Of a stretch of DNA of 64,000 nucleotides, positions 19,213 through 29,641 are shown piece by piece. Origin of the DNA: Alphaproteobacteria bacterium. GTDB taxonomy: Bacteria; Pseudomonadota; Alphaproteobacteria; UBA7985. Below the pieces are notes generated by a model, which saw nothing but the letters and a program-made list of their open reading frames with translations, had not been told where the DNA came from and ran no database searches. The stretch is from positions 1,831 to 65,830 of the forward strand of contig CBFIEF010000004.1 in NCBI GenBank assembly GCA_965661545.1, given 5' to 3'. Numbering within the stretch: the stretch's first letter is position 1; every line of letters begins with the position of its first letter. The translations under genes were made by a program, and so were the position numbers.

Positions 19213-20172
19213 TTAAGGCGCCAAACGGCGGCGCGCTTCATCACAGTCTTCAGCGATTTGGACTTTCAGCGCTTCCAGACCTTTGAACTCCAAATCTGGA
19301 TGGATGAAACTGTCGAACCAAAAGCGCACATGTTCGTCGTAAATATCGCCAGACCAGTCAAGCAAATGCACCTCAAAACGCTCCTCAACACCGTCTACAG
19401 TCGGGCGCGTTCCGAGGTAGGAAACGGCGGGCAATCGCTCGCCACCGTTCACGGCAGCCCAGCCGGCGTAGACCCCGAAATGCGGACGAAGTTGAAGCGA
19501 AGGCCAGCTCAGATTGGCTGTGGGAAAGCCCAACGTACGGCCAATTTGGTCACCGTGCTCAACAACACCTTCGGCGCTCCATTGCCGCCCAAGCAGGCGA
19601 TTTGCGGTTGGAACATCTGCGTCTGTCAGCGCTTGACGCACGCGAGAGGAAGAAATCACCCCGCCTTCGGCATCGTCATGGCGCAGCGGAACCGCTGAAA
19701 CGCCAAAGCTCATATCCTGACCCCAACGCCCAAGCTGCAGCATGTCCCCTCCGCGCTTGTGTCCGAAACGGAAATCAGGACCAGCAAGCACGTGCCTTGT
19801 CCCTAAATGGGTTGCTAGAATATCCAAGGCAAAGGCTTCGGCCTCAACGCTGGAAAGATCGTCGTTGAAAGCCAGTTCGACCATGACATCGACCAGCCCG
19901 GTCTCACCCAGCAACTCGACCCGCTGCTCAACACCGCGCGTCAGCAAAAACGGTGGCTTGTCCGGCCCAGCGAAGTACCGGCGCGGATGCGGCGCAAAGG
20001 TCAGGACGCCAGCCCGGCACCCCAGCTCATCCGCCTTGGCGCGCGCGCCTTCGAGCAAGGCATGATGCCCGCGATGAATGCCGTCGAAGTTGCCAACAGC
20101 AAATACGACATCGTTAAATTTTCGATCCCACGTCTTGAGTGTCTCAAGTGGGACGGAGGGATACCATTTCAC
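19213..20172 (-). CDS. ribF: bifunctional riboflavin kinase/FMN adenylyltransferase
   Basis: 319 aa; …[18 protein letters not shown]… FAD synthetase N-terminus plus riboflavin kinase C-terminus. Confidence 0.9.
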   Translation of the reverse strand: MKWYPSVPLETLKTWDRKFNDVVFAVGNFDGIHRGHHALLEGARAKADELGCRAGVLTFAPHPRRYFAGPDKPPFLLTRGVEQRVELLGETGLVDVMVELAFNDDLSSVEAEAFALDILATHLGTRHVLAGPDFRFGHKRGGDMLQLGRWGQDMSFGVSAVPLRHDDAEGGVISSSRVRQALTDADVPTANRLLGRQWSAEGVVEHGDQIGRTLGFPTANLSWPSLQLRPHFGVYAGWAAVNGGERLPAVSYLGTRPTVDGVEERFEVHLLDWSGDIYDEHVRFWFDSFIHPDLEFKGLEALKVQIAEDCDEARRRLAP

Positions 20173-21278
20173 TGCGCCAGCGCCGCCTCGATCTTCTCTG
20201 CTTCGTCCTCAATCAATCCAACGAAATGATCTACCATTTCGGCGTCACTCACATTGTGATCAGGACGTCCGTTCATGTACACTTTATGGCGTCCGTTGCC
20301 ACCACCCGTCAGCCCCAAAACAGTTTGCGCCGCCTCGCCCGGTCCATTAACCACGCAGCCGAGCACAGAAACATCCATCGGCGTGCTGATGTGGGCCACC
20401 CGCTGCTCAATTTCTGTGACGACATTAATAACGTCAAAACCCTGCCGCGAGCATGAGGGGCACGCGATGATGTTCACACCTCGGTGCCGCAATCCCAGCG
20501 ACTTGAGCAGATCGAAGCCAACGTGAATTTCCTCCACCGGGTCAGCCGACAAGCTCACACGGATGGTGTCGCCAATCCCCGACCACAGCAGGTTCCCCAG
20601 CCCAACTGCGCTCTTTACCGTGCCCAGCCGTGCAGGACCGGCTTCGGTAATGCCAAGGTGGAAGGGGTAGTCGCAGGCATCCGCCAAACCGGCATAGGCA
20701 GCCACTGCCAGAAACACATCGCTGGCTTTGACCGAAATCTTGATATCGTGAAAATCACAGTCTTCGAGCAGCTTTATCGAATCCAGCGCGCTCTCAACCA
20801 ACGCTTCAGGACAGGGCTCGCCATATTTTTCAAGCAGATGCTTTTCCAGCGAACCGCCGTTGACGCCGATCCGAATGGAACAACCGTTGGCCTTCGCCGC
20901 GCGAACGACCTCGGCCACGCGCTCTTTACTGCCGATGTTACCCGGATTGATCCGCAAGCACGCCGCGCCCTTGTCCGCCGCTTCGAGCGCTCTTTTGTAG
21001 TGAAAGTGGATATCCGCGACGAGGGGAACGGACACGGCTTTGACGATTTGGTCAAAGGTGGCCGTGGATGCTTCATCAGGGCAAGACACGCGCACAATGT
21101 CCGCGCCGGCTTCCTCAAGCGCGCGGATTTGATTGATCGTTGCTTGCACATCCGGCGTCGGCGTGTTGGTCATCGACTGAACGGTGATGGGAGAATCGCC
21201 ACCGACGGGAACGTCACCGACCATCACTCGTCGGGTTTTCCGCCGTTCGATGTCTCTCCACGGTCGTATGGATGACAT
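20169..21278 (-). CDS. ispG: 4-hydroxy-3-methylbut-2-en-1-yl diphosphate synthase (flavodoxin)
   Basis: Start at [39 protein letters not shown]… with AGGAGG RBS; C-terminal [4Fe-4S] Cys cluster …IACPSCSRQ…. Confidence 0.9.
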   Translation of the reverse strand: MSSIRPWRDIERRKTRRVMVGDVPVGGDSPITVQSMTNTPTPDVQATINQIRALEEAGADIVRVSCPDEASTATFDQIVKAVSVPLVADIHFHYKRALEAADKGAACLRINPGNIGSKERVAEVVRAAKANGCSIRIGVNGGSLEKHLLEKYGEPCPEALVESALDSIKLLEDCDFHDIKISVKASDVFLAVAAYAGLADACDYPFHLGITEAGPARLGTVKSAVGLGNLLWSGIGDTIRVSLSADPVEEIHVGFDLLKSLGLRHRGVNIIACPSCSRQGFDVINVVTEIEQRVAHISTPMDVSVLGCVVNGPGEAAQTVLGLTGGGNGRHKVYMNGRPDHNVSDAEMVDHFVGLIEDEAEKIEAALAQ

Positions 21279-21524
21279 ACGGTTGTCCTCCTGAAGCATA
21301 ATTATGCCTGATTGGTGTCGGAAAGCCTCAATGTACGATAACAATAACGTATAAACGTGTCTGGTTTTCGTTTACGAGTTTCCAATCTGTAGTGTCAGGA
21401 TAAATGTGGGCGTATCGTGGATGCGTGTCACGGGCTTAGAACGTAAAGGGCGCATGCGCCTTTGACATGCTCGAAGCCGAAAGAAGAAGCAAGACAGCGA
21501 AAAAATCGCTGCAGGTGCGAATAA

Positions 21525-22898
21525 ATGTATGAGTCGAGGTTTGGTTTCATGGACCGCTGGTTTTCCTTAGCAAGGCCACTTTTGATCGGGTTGAGCTTCC
21601 TGTCCTTGGGTGCTTTCACTGCGTGTGTTGAAACGACATACGCGACGATGGACGCAGAGGTCACGACGACCACTCAGACGGAATCAGCCTATCGCATGAT
21701 TATGACGCCCAACGGTTTGCGCGTCATCACGCCAGAAGGCTACCTGATTGACCCACAGCAAACGCCTGCGTCCGTCGACGTGACCCAGCTGGAGCCCGCG
21801 AAGCCCCCTGTGATCGCGATTTTGCTACCGCTAACCGGTTCTTTGGCCGAAATCGGCGAAGCAATGAAAAACGGGGCGGAGCTTGCTATTAAAGACAAAG
21901 GCATTGCCGGCACCTTTGAAACCCGTATCTACGACACCCGCTCCGACAATTCTGGGGCTCAGGCTGCAGCCGCAGAAGCATTGCGCGACGGAGCAAAATT
22001 GATCCTTGGCCCCCTGCGCGGTGACGCCATTTCCCCCGTATCCCGGATGGCCGCGCGTCAGCGCGTTAACGTGGTTAGCTTTAGCAATGACATCACGCGC
22101 GCTACGCCAAACGCTTATATCATGGGCATTACACCGGAAGCCGTAACCAAGCGCGTGCTTGAATATTCCGCACGTCGTGGTCAGCGGCGCATTGCTATCG
22201 TTGCGCCAGCTGACACCTATGGCCAGGCTGCTGCAGATGCAGCAAACGGTTTGGCACGCTTCGTTGGTGCTGAAATTGCGCTGACCGAAACCTACCCTTC
22301 CGATCCTCAAGATCGACCAGGCCGAACGGCAGTTGCGCAATCAGTGGGCCAGCGTGCTGATATCTTTGATGCAATCTACCTGCCCGATACCGCCGAGGCA
22401 GGTGATATGGCGTCACTCCTTTACTTCTACGGTGTAGATCCAAGTCGGGTGCGCTATCTGGGCGTGCCGATTTGGGACCAGCAAGCCAACCAACTCATTT
22501 CCGAACAAGCACTGCTGGGCGCAGTTTATGCGTCACCCGCCGAACGGGGGTTTGGAGCTTTCCAGGCGTCGTTCAAGTCTGTATTCAATAAAGATCCTCA
22601 CCCGCTGTCCTCTGTCGCCTATGACGGCGTCGCGATGGCGCTTGAACTGGCGGCACGCGGACCAGCGGTCCAGTACTCGACCTCTGAGCTAGAGCGGCCA
22701 CAGGGCTTCAACGGTGTTGACGGTCCATTTGCACTGCGCTTTGACAAGCGTGTCGAGCGAGGAATGGCCATCAAGCGCATTAGCAGCGTCGGTCTGGAAT
22801 TGGTGGAAGATGCCCCGGCAACTTTGTACCGCAGCACCGCTTCAGCGATGGCCGTTCAACAGCAAACCACCACTTCCCAATCACTCTTTAATCAGTGA
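21525..22898 (+). CDS. periplasmic-binding-protein type I fold lipoprotein (penicillin-binding protein activator / LivK-like family)
   Basis: Lipobox LGAFTAC; Peripla_BP_6-like region (…AILLPLTGSLAEIGEAMKNGAELAI…). Confidence 0.5.
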   Translation: MYESRFGFMDRWFSLARPLLIGLSFLSLGAFTACVETTYATMDAEVTTTTQTESAYRMIMTPNGLRVITPEGYLIDPQQTPASVDVTQLEPAKPPVIAILLPLTGSLAEIGEAMKNGAELAIKDKGIAGTFETRIYDTRSDNSGAQAAAAEALRDGAKLILGPLRGDAISPVSRMAARQRVNVVSFSNDITRATPNAYIMGITPEAVTKRVLEYSARRGQRRIAIVAPADTYGQAAADAANGLARFVGAEIALTETYPSDPQDRPGRTAVAQSVGQRADIFDAIYLPDTAEAGDMASLLYFYGVDPSRVRYLGVPIWDQQANQLISEQALLGAVYASPAERGFGAFQASFKSVFNKDPHPLSSVAYDGVAMALELAARGPAVQYSTSELERPQGFNGVDGPFALRFDKRVERGMAIKRISSVGLELVEDAPATLYRSTASAMAVQQQTTTSQSLFNQ

Positions 22899-23353
22899 AT
22901 GGCCGTTGCCGCGGAACAGGCCGTGCAAGCCCCCACGCACGCAGGTTATGCGACCAAGCGTCTGATGCGTGACATCAGAGCTTTTTGAGTTCTCACGCCC
23001 CCAAATTTTGACCAAAAACGGCAACATTGTGAGGCTTAAATTAAGGCACTTGGGACATTCTGACGGCCTTACCCTCAGTTTCCAGAGCTTTTGTCTATAA
23101 ACGGGAAAACACATGAAGGCTGGATTTTCGTTAAAATTGTTCGTAAAATTTTAAAAACGATGTTTTCCAATAGGTTAAATCAAATTCTTCTTGCATGAGT
23201 TTAAACCCTTAGGTACATACCGTCGTAATAGCGCGACGTTTTAAGCGTCCAGCGAGTAATTTTATATCCCTACAGGGACGCCTGATCGAACTGATACCTC
23301 AATTTTCGGGGTGGATTTCAGGCAGAGCTGTAAATCGATTTGGAAACGAGAAT

Positions 23354-26044
23354 ATGCATTCGATTTTAAATGCCAAAAGCGAATTTACGCCCAAAAAGCG
23401 TTCCCTTTTAAGAGCAGGACTTTACTCCGCTGTCGCTGGAAGTGCCTTCATTGGTAGCGAAGCACTCAGCCACACAGTTACGCTAAACGCTGACGGCTCG
23501 ACGGCAAGCGGTCCTTTATATGGAGGTGACTCCGGCACCTCTGTCCCGCACGTTCACCCAGGCTCTAATGCCGAAATCAGCAGCGCTAGCTTCAGCAGCA
23601 GCACGAGTGGTTTCAGCAACCTCGAAGCACTGCCCACCACACGGGGCAGCGCCGAGCCGGGCGTCGTGAACTTCATTGGTGAGCTTGAGCCAATTACACC
23701 AATTACTGAAGTGCAACGTTGGGCCTCTGGCCAGACTGCGTCGACTTCACCCATTTATTTCCCAACGCAGCAAACCCAAACGACCCAAGTGACCCTGCTC
23801 AATCCTGAGCAGCAGGTACAGATTGGTGACGTCGAAACCAGCGTTGAGACTAAGAACTTCCGCAACATTCAAACCGCTGTGGAAAGTACCGAAAAACTCG
23901 ACGACGGCAGTTTGTCTCTGACGTTGAAAAGCGGTGAACTCATGACCGCTGCGGCCGGCGACTACGCCTTTAACGGCGGCGATGTTTGGCTCGCATCCAA
24001 CATTGCGGGCGATCTTGGTACAATCACCGAAACAACCTCTGTGCTTTCTCGTATCTACGGCGTTGGCGGTGGTTGGGGTCTCCCCGTTGCAGAAGGCATT
24101 TTGGGCGTTAGCGCTCTGGGCCTGGGCGCAGCCGCGGCGACCGGTAACCTTTCCAACCCATTCGCTAACGATGGTGAAGACGGAGCTGATGGCGCAGACG
24201 GCGCCGATGGAGCTGACGGAGCAGACGGCTCCGGCGGCGATGGCGACGGCAGCAGTGACGGCGAAAGCGGTGATGGAACCGGCGATGGCTCAGATGACGG
24301 CACTGGCACGGGTGACGGCACAAGCGGCGAGGACGGCGAAGACGATTTCATCGACGACGGTAGCGATCCTGATTTTGAAGTGACCAACACTGATCCAGAG
24401 AACCTGGGCCCAACGGCCCTGACTTTCAGTCAGTTCAGCAACGCTAGCGGAAGTTTCGATCTCTTTGAAGCTGACAGCGCAGTTGGGGTACTGAGCGCAA
24501 GCGATCCGGAAAACGATGACCTGATGTACCGCATCGAGTCTCAACATCTTGGTTCTGAGATCACGAACATCTTCGAAATCAACGAAGATGGTCAGCTTAT
24601 CATTACCGAGCGGCTGGATTACAGCCAGCCCGGAAACGATGCAGATGGCACGCGGTTTGACCAGAACACAGCAACCGTTATGATTGAAGTTTCCGATGGA
24701 TCCGCACTGACAGACTTCCGTACTTTTGAGTTTACGATCAGCAACTCAACAGACGACGATGGTCCGTTAGAGTACGTTCGCGAAGCCAACATCACCCGTT
24801 TGAAGTTCAATGGCCTCAACAGCACCAGCTCCGGCGCCGCTGACAGTACCGACTGGCTCCCATTCATGGACGAGGCCGAATACCACCACAATTTGGATGG
24901 TGGCCAGGACATGATCGCGTCTTTCCACTCCGAAACCGAACATGCCTTCTCCGTTCACGAATTAACGGGCACGGGCGGTTTCTCGAACACACAAAACTAT
25001 TCGACCAACAGCACCGAGATTGATGCTGAGTACCGCATTCATGAGGTTCGGGCGCTCGACATGGATGACATTGACGGCGATGGCTACACTGACATCGTTG
25101 TTGCTGGCAGCGGCGGCACCAACGGTACGGACTCTGTGGTGCAGATTTGGGAAGTGGGTAAGTCAGGTGAATTCACCTTTAAGGCCGCAGACAAGGATTC
25201 TGAACCTTCACAGGTAGAAGACGTCGTGATTGGCCATTTTAATTCAAACAATGCGTCCAAAGAAACCTCCGCAACAAACATGAAAAAGGTCATGGTTATC
25301 GGCGGCGGAAACGACGACACCGCAGCCGAAGATGCCTTGTATTCGGTTTACTACGACGATCTTGAATATGCCTTCAACTCGGAGCAGCTCCAGGGCGGAT
25401 GGAACTTTGGCGAAGTTGAGAGCATCATGATTAACGACACTGAATACGCTGTTGGTACGTACGGCACCAACGGTGGTGACGGTATCAGCATGGTATTCTT
25501 GGGCGAGGGTGACTCGCAGGACGGCATCGTGAGCGCAGGCACGGGCATTAGCCACAACGACGTTGCGGTCATTGGCAACGTCGTGTTCACGGCGACCGAT
25601 AAGGGCGTTTACTACAGCAAGGCCTTCCACTCTGGCCTCGATGCCCCTGAAGCGCTGTCGATCACCAATGAAGGCCTGCACATCGCGGATATCAAAGCGA
25701 GCCAGATTGAGGCGGGTAACTTTGACGGGGATGATGATCTGGAGCTAGCGGTCCTCGACGTTCTGGATCAGACGCCGATCATTCGCTTCTTCGATGTCGA
25801 CTTGACCAACCCACAGGTTGTCACCCAGATGTTCGTCTCTGAGCCTGTTCCAGGTGCTGTTGAGCTGCAAGTGATCCCGAGTTCGATCGAATTGGCTGAT
25901 CGCGATGATGGTAACATCGATGCGGACGAGCTGCTGGTTGGTATAAACGAAGCCGGTACGGCGTCTTACCTCAATAGTGACGGTGAGAGCATTTCACAGA
26001 CGTGGAACGGCTCTATCATCTTCTATGATGATACGTCCCTCTAG
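23354..26044 (+). CDS. large surface/secreted adhesin-like protein with acidic (GAD)n tract, cadherin-like domain and FG-GAP/VCBS repeats
   Basis: 896 aa; cadherin-like '…ASDPENDDLMYRIESQ…INEDGQLIITERLDYSQ…'; FG-GAP 'DMDDIDGDGYTDIVVAGSGG', 'GNFDGDDDLELAVLD'; preceded by a 450-bp AT-rich leader. Confidence 0.75.
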   Translation: MHSILNAKSEFTPKKRSLLRAGLYSAVAGSAFIGSEALSHTVTLNADGSTASGPLYGGDSGTSVPHVHPGSNAEISSASFSSSTSGFSNLEALPTTRGSAEPGVVNFIGELEPITPITEVQRWASGQTASTSPIYFPTQQTQTTQVTLLNPEQQVQIGDVETSVETKNFRNIQTAVESTEKLDDGSLSLTLKSGELMTAAAGDYAFNGGDVWLASNIAGDLGTITETTSVLSRIYGVGGGWGLPVAEGILGVSALGLGAAAATGNLSNPFANDGEDGADGADGADGADGADGSGGDGDGSSDGESGDGTGDGSDDGTGTGDGTSGEDGEDDFIDDGSDPDFEVTNTDPENLGPTALTFSQFSNASGSFDLFEADSAVGVLSASDPENDDLMYRIESQHLGSEITNIFEINEDGQLIITERLDYSQPGNDADGTRFDQNTATVMIEVSDGSALTDFRTFEFTISNSTDDDGPLEYVREANITRLKFNGLNSTSSGAADSTDWLPFMDEAEYHHNLDGGQDMIASFHSETEHAFSVHELTGTGGFSNTQNYSTNSTEIDAEYRIHEVRALDMDDIDGDGYTDIVVAGSGGTNGTDSVVQIWEVGKSGEFTFKAADKDSEPSQVEDVVIGHFNSNNASKETSATNMKKVMVIGGGNDDTAAEDALYSVYYDDLEYAFNSEQLQGGWNFGEVESIMINDTEYAVGTYGTNGGDGISMVFLGEGDSQDGIVSAGTGISHNDVAVIGNVVFTATDKGVYYSKAFHSGLDAPEALSITNEGLHIADIKASQIEAGNFDGDDDLELAVLDVLDQTPIIRFFDVDLTNPQVVTQMFVSEPVPGAVELQVIPSSIELADRDDGNIDADELLVGINEAGTASYLNSDGESISQTWNGSIIFYDDTSL
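24182..24350 (+). repeat. in-frame 9-bp tandem repeats (GGNGCNGAY)n encoding GADGADGADGADGADG followed by a degenerate G/D/S/T-rich tract
   Basis: ggagctgat ggcgcagac ggcgccgat ggagctgac ggagcagac … seen directly. Confidence 0.7.
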
Positions 26045-26068
26045 GACGAATGCAGGTGTGAGCTGCGA

Positions 26069-26530
26069 CTAAACCTTGTAGCCCATCCACTTTTTGACGG
26101 TGCGAAGGATCAACTTTGACTCGATTCGTGTCACGCCGGGCATATGGGCGATTTGGCGGTGCACTTCTTCATAGTGCGCCGTATCCCGAGCCGACACTCG
26201 CAGGGAAAAGTCTGCTTGGCCCGCCATCAAATAGCACTCCAAAACCGATGTATTATTCCCAGCTGCGCGTTCAAAAGTTTCGAGGTCTTCTTCGGCTTGA
26301 GAATGCAGAGACACATCAACGATAAAGTGCAGGTCCAAACCAAGCGATTTGGCATTAAGCCGCGCCGCATAGCCTTCGATGACGCCAGCGGTCTGCAGCT
26401 GCAAGACGCGGCGGTGGCAGGCGGACGAAGACAGGCCAACCTTTTCGCCCAACTCCGCCATGGATAACCTGCTATCCTTCTGCAGGGTCGACAAAATAGC
26501 GCGATCAATTTGATCTAAATCGGCTGTCAT
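26069..26530 (-). CDS. Lrp/AsnC family transcriptional regulator
   Basis: Start at MTADLDQIDRAILSTLQKDSRLSMAELGEKVGLSSSACHRRV…; HTH plus RAM domain. Confidence 0.85.
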   Translation of the reverse strand: MTADLDQIDRAILSTLQKDSRLSMAELGEKVGLSSSACHRRVLQLQTAGVIEGYAARLNAKSLGLDLHFIVDVSLHSQAEEDLETFERAAGNNTSVLECYLMAGQADFSLRVSARDTAHYEEVHRQIAHMPGVTRIESKLILRTVKKWMGYKV

Positions 26531-26590
26531 CCCAAAACCTCTCCCATTTCCGGCGGACCTTCGCAGATTTTCCCGCAACATGGCAAGGTA

Positions 26591-27430
26591 TTAACCGGGG
26601 AAGACCTTCCAAAAGGCGCGGATTGCCACGAGGATCAGGAATGCACTGAATAATTTCTTCGTTAGTGCTCCCGGCAAACGGTGCGTAAGGCGGGCGCCAA
26701 TCGGAGCCATGAAAACCGTAAAGGGGATCAAAAAGGCCACTGCGAGAAGATTGACGTAGCCAATGGAAAGTGGGGGAAGGTCGCCTTTGCCCAGTCCGAT
26801 GACCATAAAACCTAAGGCGGCCGGAATGGAAATCAGCACCCCTACGCCGGCTGACGTTGCTATGGCCCGTTTGATATCAGCGCCGTTGAGCGTCATGAAC
26901 AGATTGTTCACCACCCCACCGCCAATCCCCATCAGCGTTGAAATCGTTCCGAAAAACAGTCCTGCGCCTTGGGCAATTGGCGTTCCCGGAACAGTCTTAG
27001 CCAGCTGTAGGCTCGGCGACGCGACCAGCTGATACACACCCACGATCAACGCTATAGCCCCAAACACAAGCCCCAAAGCATCCGCGTTCATCACTGTCGC
27101 CAAAAACAGGCCCAGCAGCACGCCGATGGGGACAAAAATCACGTAGCGCCGCAACAGGTCCATGTCCATTTTGCCGGAATCATAGTGGGTTCGTGCTGAC
27201 CGCAGAGACGTCGGAATGATAATCGCCAGCGACGTCCCGACCGCCAAGTGTTGGGCGTAAGACGCATCTGATCCGCCAAGTCCCAACGCAAACACCTCAG
27301 TTAGGATGGGCACCATGACGATCCCTCCACCAACCCCAAACAACCCGGCGATAAAACCAGCAATCATGGCACCGCCGGCGACCAGGGCGGCAAACATCAT
27401 GAACTCGGCGATAGAAATACCTAGGATCAC
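26591..27430 (-). CDS. sulfite exporter TauE/SafE family membrane protein (DUF81)
   Basis: 279 aa polytopic protein; duplicated …FGVGGGIVMVPIL… / …GIGGGVV… motifs. Confidence 0.8.
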   Translation of the reverse strand: MILGISIAEFMMFAALVAGGAMIAGFIAGLFGVGGGIVMVPILTEVFALGLGGSDASYAQHLAVGTSLAIIIPTSLRSARTHYDSGKMDMDLLRRYVIFVPIGVLLGLFLATVMNADALGLVFGAIALIVGVYQLVASPSLQLAKTVPGTPIAQGAGLFFGTISTLMGIGGGVVNNLFMTLNGADIKRAIATSAGVGVLISIPAALGFMVIGLGKGDLPPLSIGYVNLLAVAFLIPFTVFMAPIGARLTHRLPGALTKKLFSAFLILVAIRAFWKVFPG

Positions 27431-27434
27431 AGAC

Positions 27435-28451
27435 TTAGTCCTTTAGATGAGCGTCAAAGAAGGAAACCAGCGACAAACGATACTCAGACGGGCGATCCCA
27501 CAGGGTCGCAACGTGCCCTATTCCATCCGCCACAAAAAAGGTCTTTCGGTCGTTTGAGGCCACAGCGTCGCGCGCCATCTCTGCATGATGGAAGCCGACG
27601 GTTTCATCAGCGGTTCCGTGCACCCAAAAGATTGCCTGTTCGGGCCGTTCGACAAGCCCATCAAGGGGGGTAACGGTGGTGAAATCGTAGTTGCGCCAGA
27701 GGCTAACGGCGCTGCTGATGATGTCGATCGTCCAACGTGGGACGGAGGCTCGATCGGAATTGTCCTTCATCACCAACTTGATGTCCGCAAAGGGCGCATC
27801 AAGAAACAGGGGGCCGAGGTCTTCGTGGGTGTTGGCAATCAGGGTTGTCGCGCCGCCCATACTTTCCCCCCAGAAGCCAACCTCCGAGGGTGCTAGACCC
27901 AGGGTATGAATCGCATAGTCTCGCGCGCCCAGTACATCACTGAATTCATCACTGCCCAAAGCCGCTACGCCATCCAAAACCGTGGACTCGCCGTGTTCTC
28001 GCAGGTCGATTGCCAGCACCCCATAGCCAGCGCTCGCAAGAATGCCAATAATCGACAGGCCATGCTTATGATGCTTGCAGCCGGTAAAACCGTGGGTCGC
28101 GATGACCAGTGGGCCGCCCGCAGGCGGTGGACTGAGCAGTCCGGCGACCTCCACTTTGCCATCGCGGGACGGGAACGAAACCGATTGGACGCGGCTATAA
28201 ACAGTCGGATCGATTTGGTGGGCGAGCGGGTTGCTGGCAACGGTTAGCTTGGCAGAATCTGCGGTGAAAAGCGGAGCATCGTGGCAAGCCGGATCGACCT
28301 TGAGGGTTTCGCCATAGATGTCGTTACCGATCCAGCTCACCCCGAATGCCAAAATCGCAACAACACCAGCCAGCACCAAACCCAAAATCCGCATTGCATC
28401 GCTCCATTCAACCAGAGCTCTCTGTATAGAGCCGCCCGCGATCGAGGTCAC
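27435..28451 (-). CDS. alpha/beta hydrolase (S9/dienelactone hydrolase-like) with N-terminal membrane anchor
   Basis: GxSxG nucleophile elbow 'GESMGG'; …HGFTG…; start may instead be MRILG (28394). Confidence 0.7.
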   Translation of the reverse strand: MTSIAGGSIQRALVEWSDAMRILGLVLAGVVAILAFGVSWIGNDIYGETLKVDPACHDAPLFTADSAKLTVASNPLAHQIDPTVYSRVQSVSFPSRDGKVEVAGLLSPPPAGGPLVIATHGFTGCKHHKHGLSIIGILASAGYGVLAIDLREHGESTVLDGVAALGSDEFSDVLGARDYAIHTLGLAPSEVGFWGESMGGATTLIANTHEDLGPLFLDAPFADIKLVMKDNSDRASVPRWTIDIISSAVSLWRNYDFTTVTPLDGLVERPEQAIFWVHGTADETVGFHHAEMARDAVASNDRKTFFVADGIGHVATLWDRPSEYRLSLVSFFDAHLKD

Positions 28452-28477
28452 GGGCAGACTCTTAACAGATGTACGGA

Positions 28478-29461
28478 TTATCTAACGCGGCGAGGACGGA
28501 ACAGGCGGCGCACGATCGACTGACGACGCTCACCCTCACGATAGAGGACGAATAAGCCAGAGAGCACAATAATCGACATGCCGATCAGCGTGAGCGCATC
28601 AGGGTACTGGCGGAACAACACAATACCCCACACCAGATTGTACCCCATTAAACAGTACTCAAACGGCGCAGCAAACGACGGCTCAAGGTTACGGTACGCC
28701 GCCGTTAGCATGATGAACCCGATTGCTGAACCCAAGCCGATCCCGACCATAATCAATACGTCATTTCTTGTCGGCCAGACCCATGCCTTGAGCAACACTT
28801 CCAACCCCGCAGGCGCGTGATCCACGGCCCAGCCATCGCCAAAGACCGCCCAGAACACAGCGCCAAAGAACAAGTTCATGATGACAAACGTAATGGACTG
28901 TACGGTCGTGGACTCAGTTCGGCCAAGCCAGTTGGTCATCAGTGCGGAAAGCGAGTAGAAAAAGGCCGAACCCACCGCCATCATTGCTGGCAGCAGCGGA
29001 ATATCACCCGCGCCTGGCTTGACGATGAACAACACACCGATGAAACCAATCAACACGCCCATCAGGCGACGCCAGCCAATCGGCACGCGCGTTGTCACCC
29101 AACTCAGGAACGTGATGAACAGCGGTGCGGTGAAGTACAGAGCTGTTGCTTGCGCAAAATCCAGCCCCGCCAGCGCTAGATAATAGCAGGTGTAGGACAG
29201 CGATAGCAGTGCGCCCCGAAGGAACAAAAACCAGAACTTAGTCACCTGCATGTTCTTGCCTTGGTCAAAGGCAAAACTCAGCAGGATCAGCGGCCAGATG
29301 TTCACCAGCGACCGAATAAACACGATTTCGTGCACCGGGTAGCGCTTGGTCAAATCCGAGATCAGCACGTCCTGTATCGAAAAGAGAAACAAGGCCGCCA
29401 ACAGCATCACCAAAGGGATGGTTGGACGGCTCGTATCGACCGTACTTGTCATTACCCACAA
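28478..29461 (-). CDS. DMT superfamily (EamA-like) transporter
   Basis: 327 aa, about 10 TM, two EamA-like halves. Confidence 0.75.
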   Translation of the reverse strand: MWVMTSTVDTSRPTIPLVMLLAALFLFSIQDVLISDLTKRYPVHEIVFIRSLVNIWPLILLSFAFDQGKNMQVTKFWFLFLRGALLSLSYTCYYLALAGLDFAQATALYFTAPLFITFLSWVTTRVPIGWRRLMGVLIGFIGVLFIVKPGAGDIPLLPAMMAVGSAFFYSLSALMTNWLGRTESTTVQSITFVIMNLFFGAVFWAVFGDGWAVDHAPAGLEVLLKAWVWPTRNDVLIMVGIGLGSAIGFIMLTAAYRNLEPSFAAPFEYCLMGYNLVWGIVLFRQYPDALTLIGMSIIVLSGLFVLYREGERRQSIVRRLFRPRRVR

Positions 29462-29641
29462 CTCCCGCGCAACGCTCTATGTGGTGGGGCAAAAGAGCGT
29501 CATATGAGAACCGGGAAGCTCGCCTGTTGGTCGACGCATTTGGACTGCGTTTGAAGGTCGGCTTCGAGACCTGCCAATGCGCCGATTAATAGAGCGTGGC
29601 TAGTGCAGAAACGACGGATCAGACCTTCGCGCGTCATCGCG

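Noticed and set aside
24182-24350. Short regular DNA repeats considered as a possible CRISPR or minisatellite
   Set aside because: The repeats are 9 bp, contiguous with no spacers, and in-frame inside a long ORF (encoding GAD repeats). This is coding low-complexity, not a CRISPR array.
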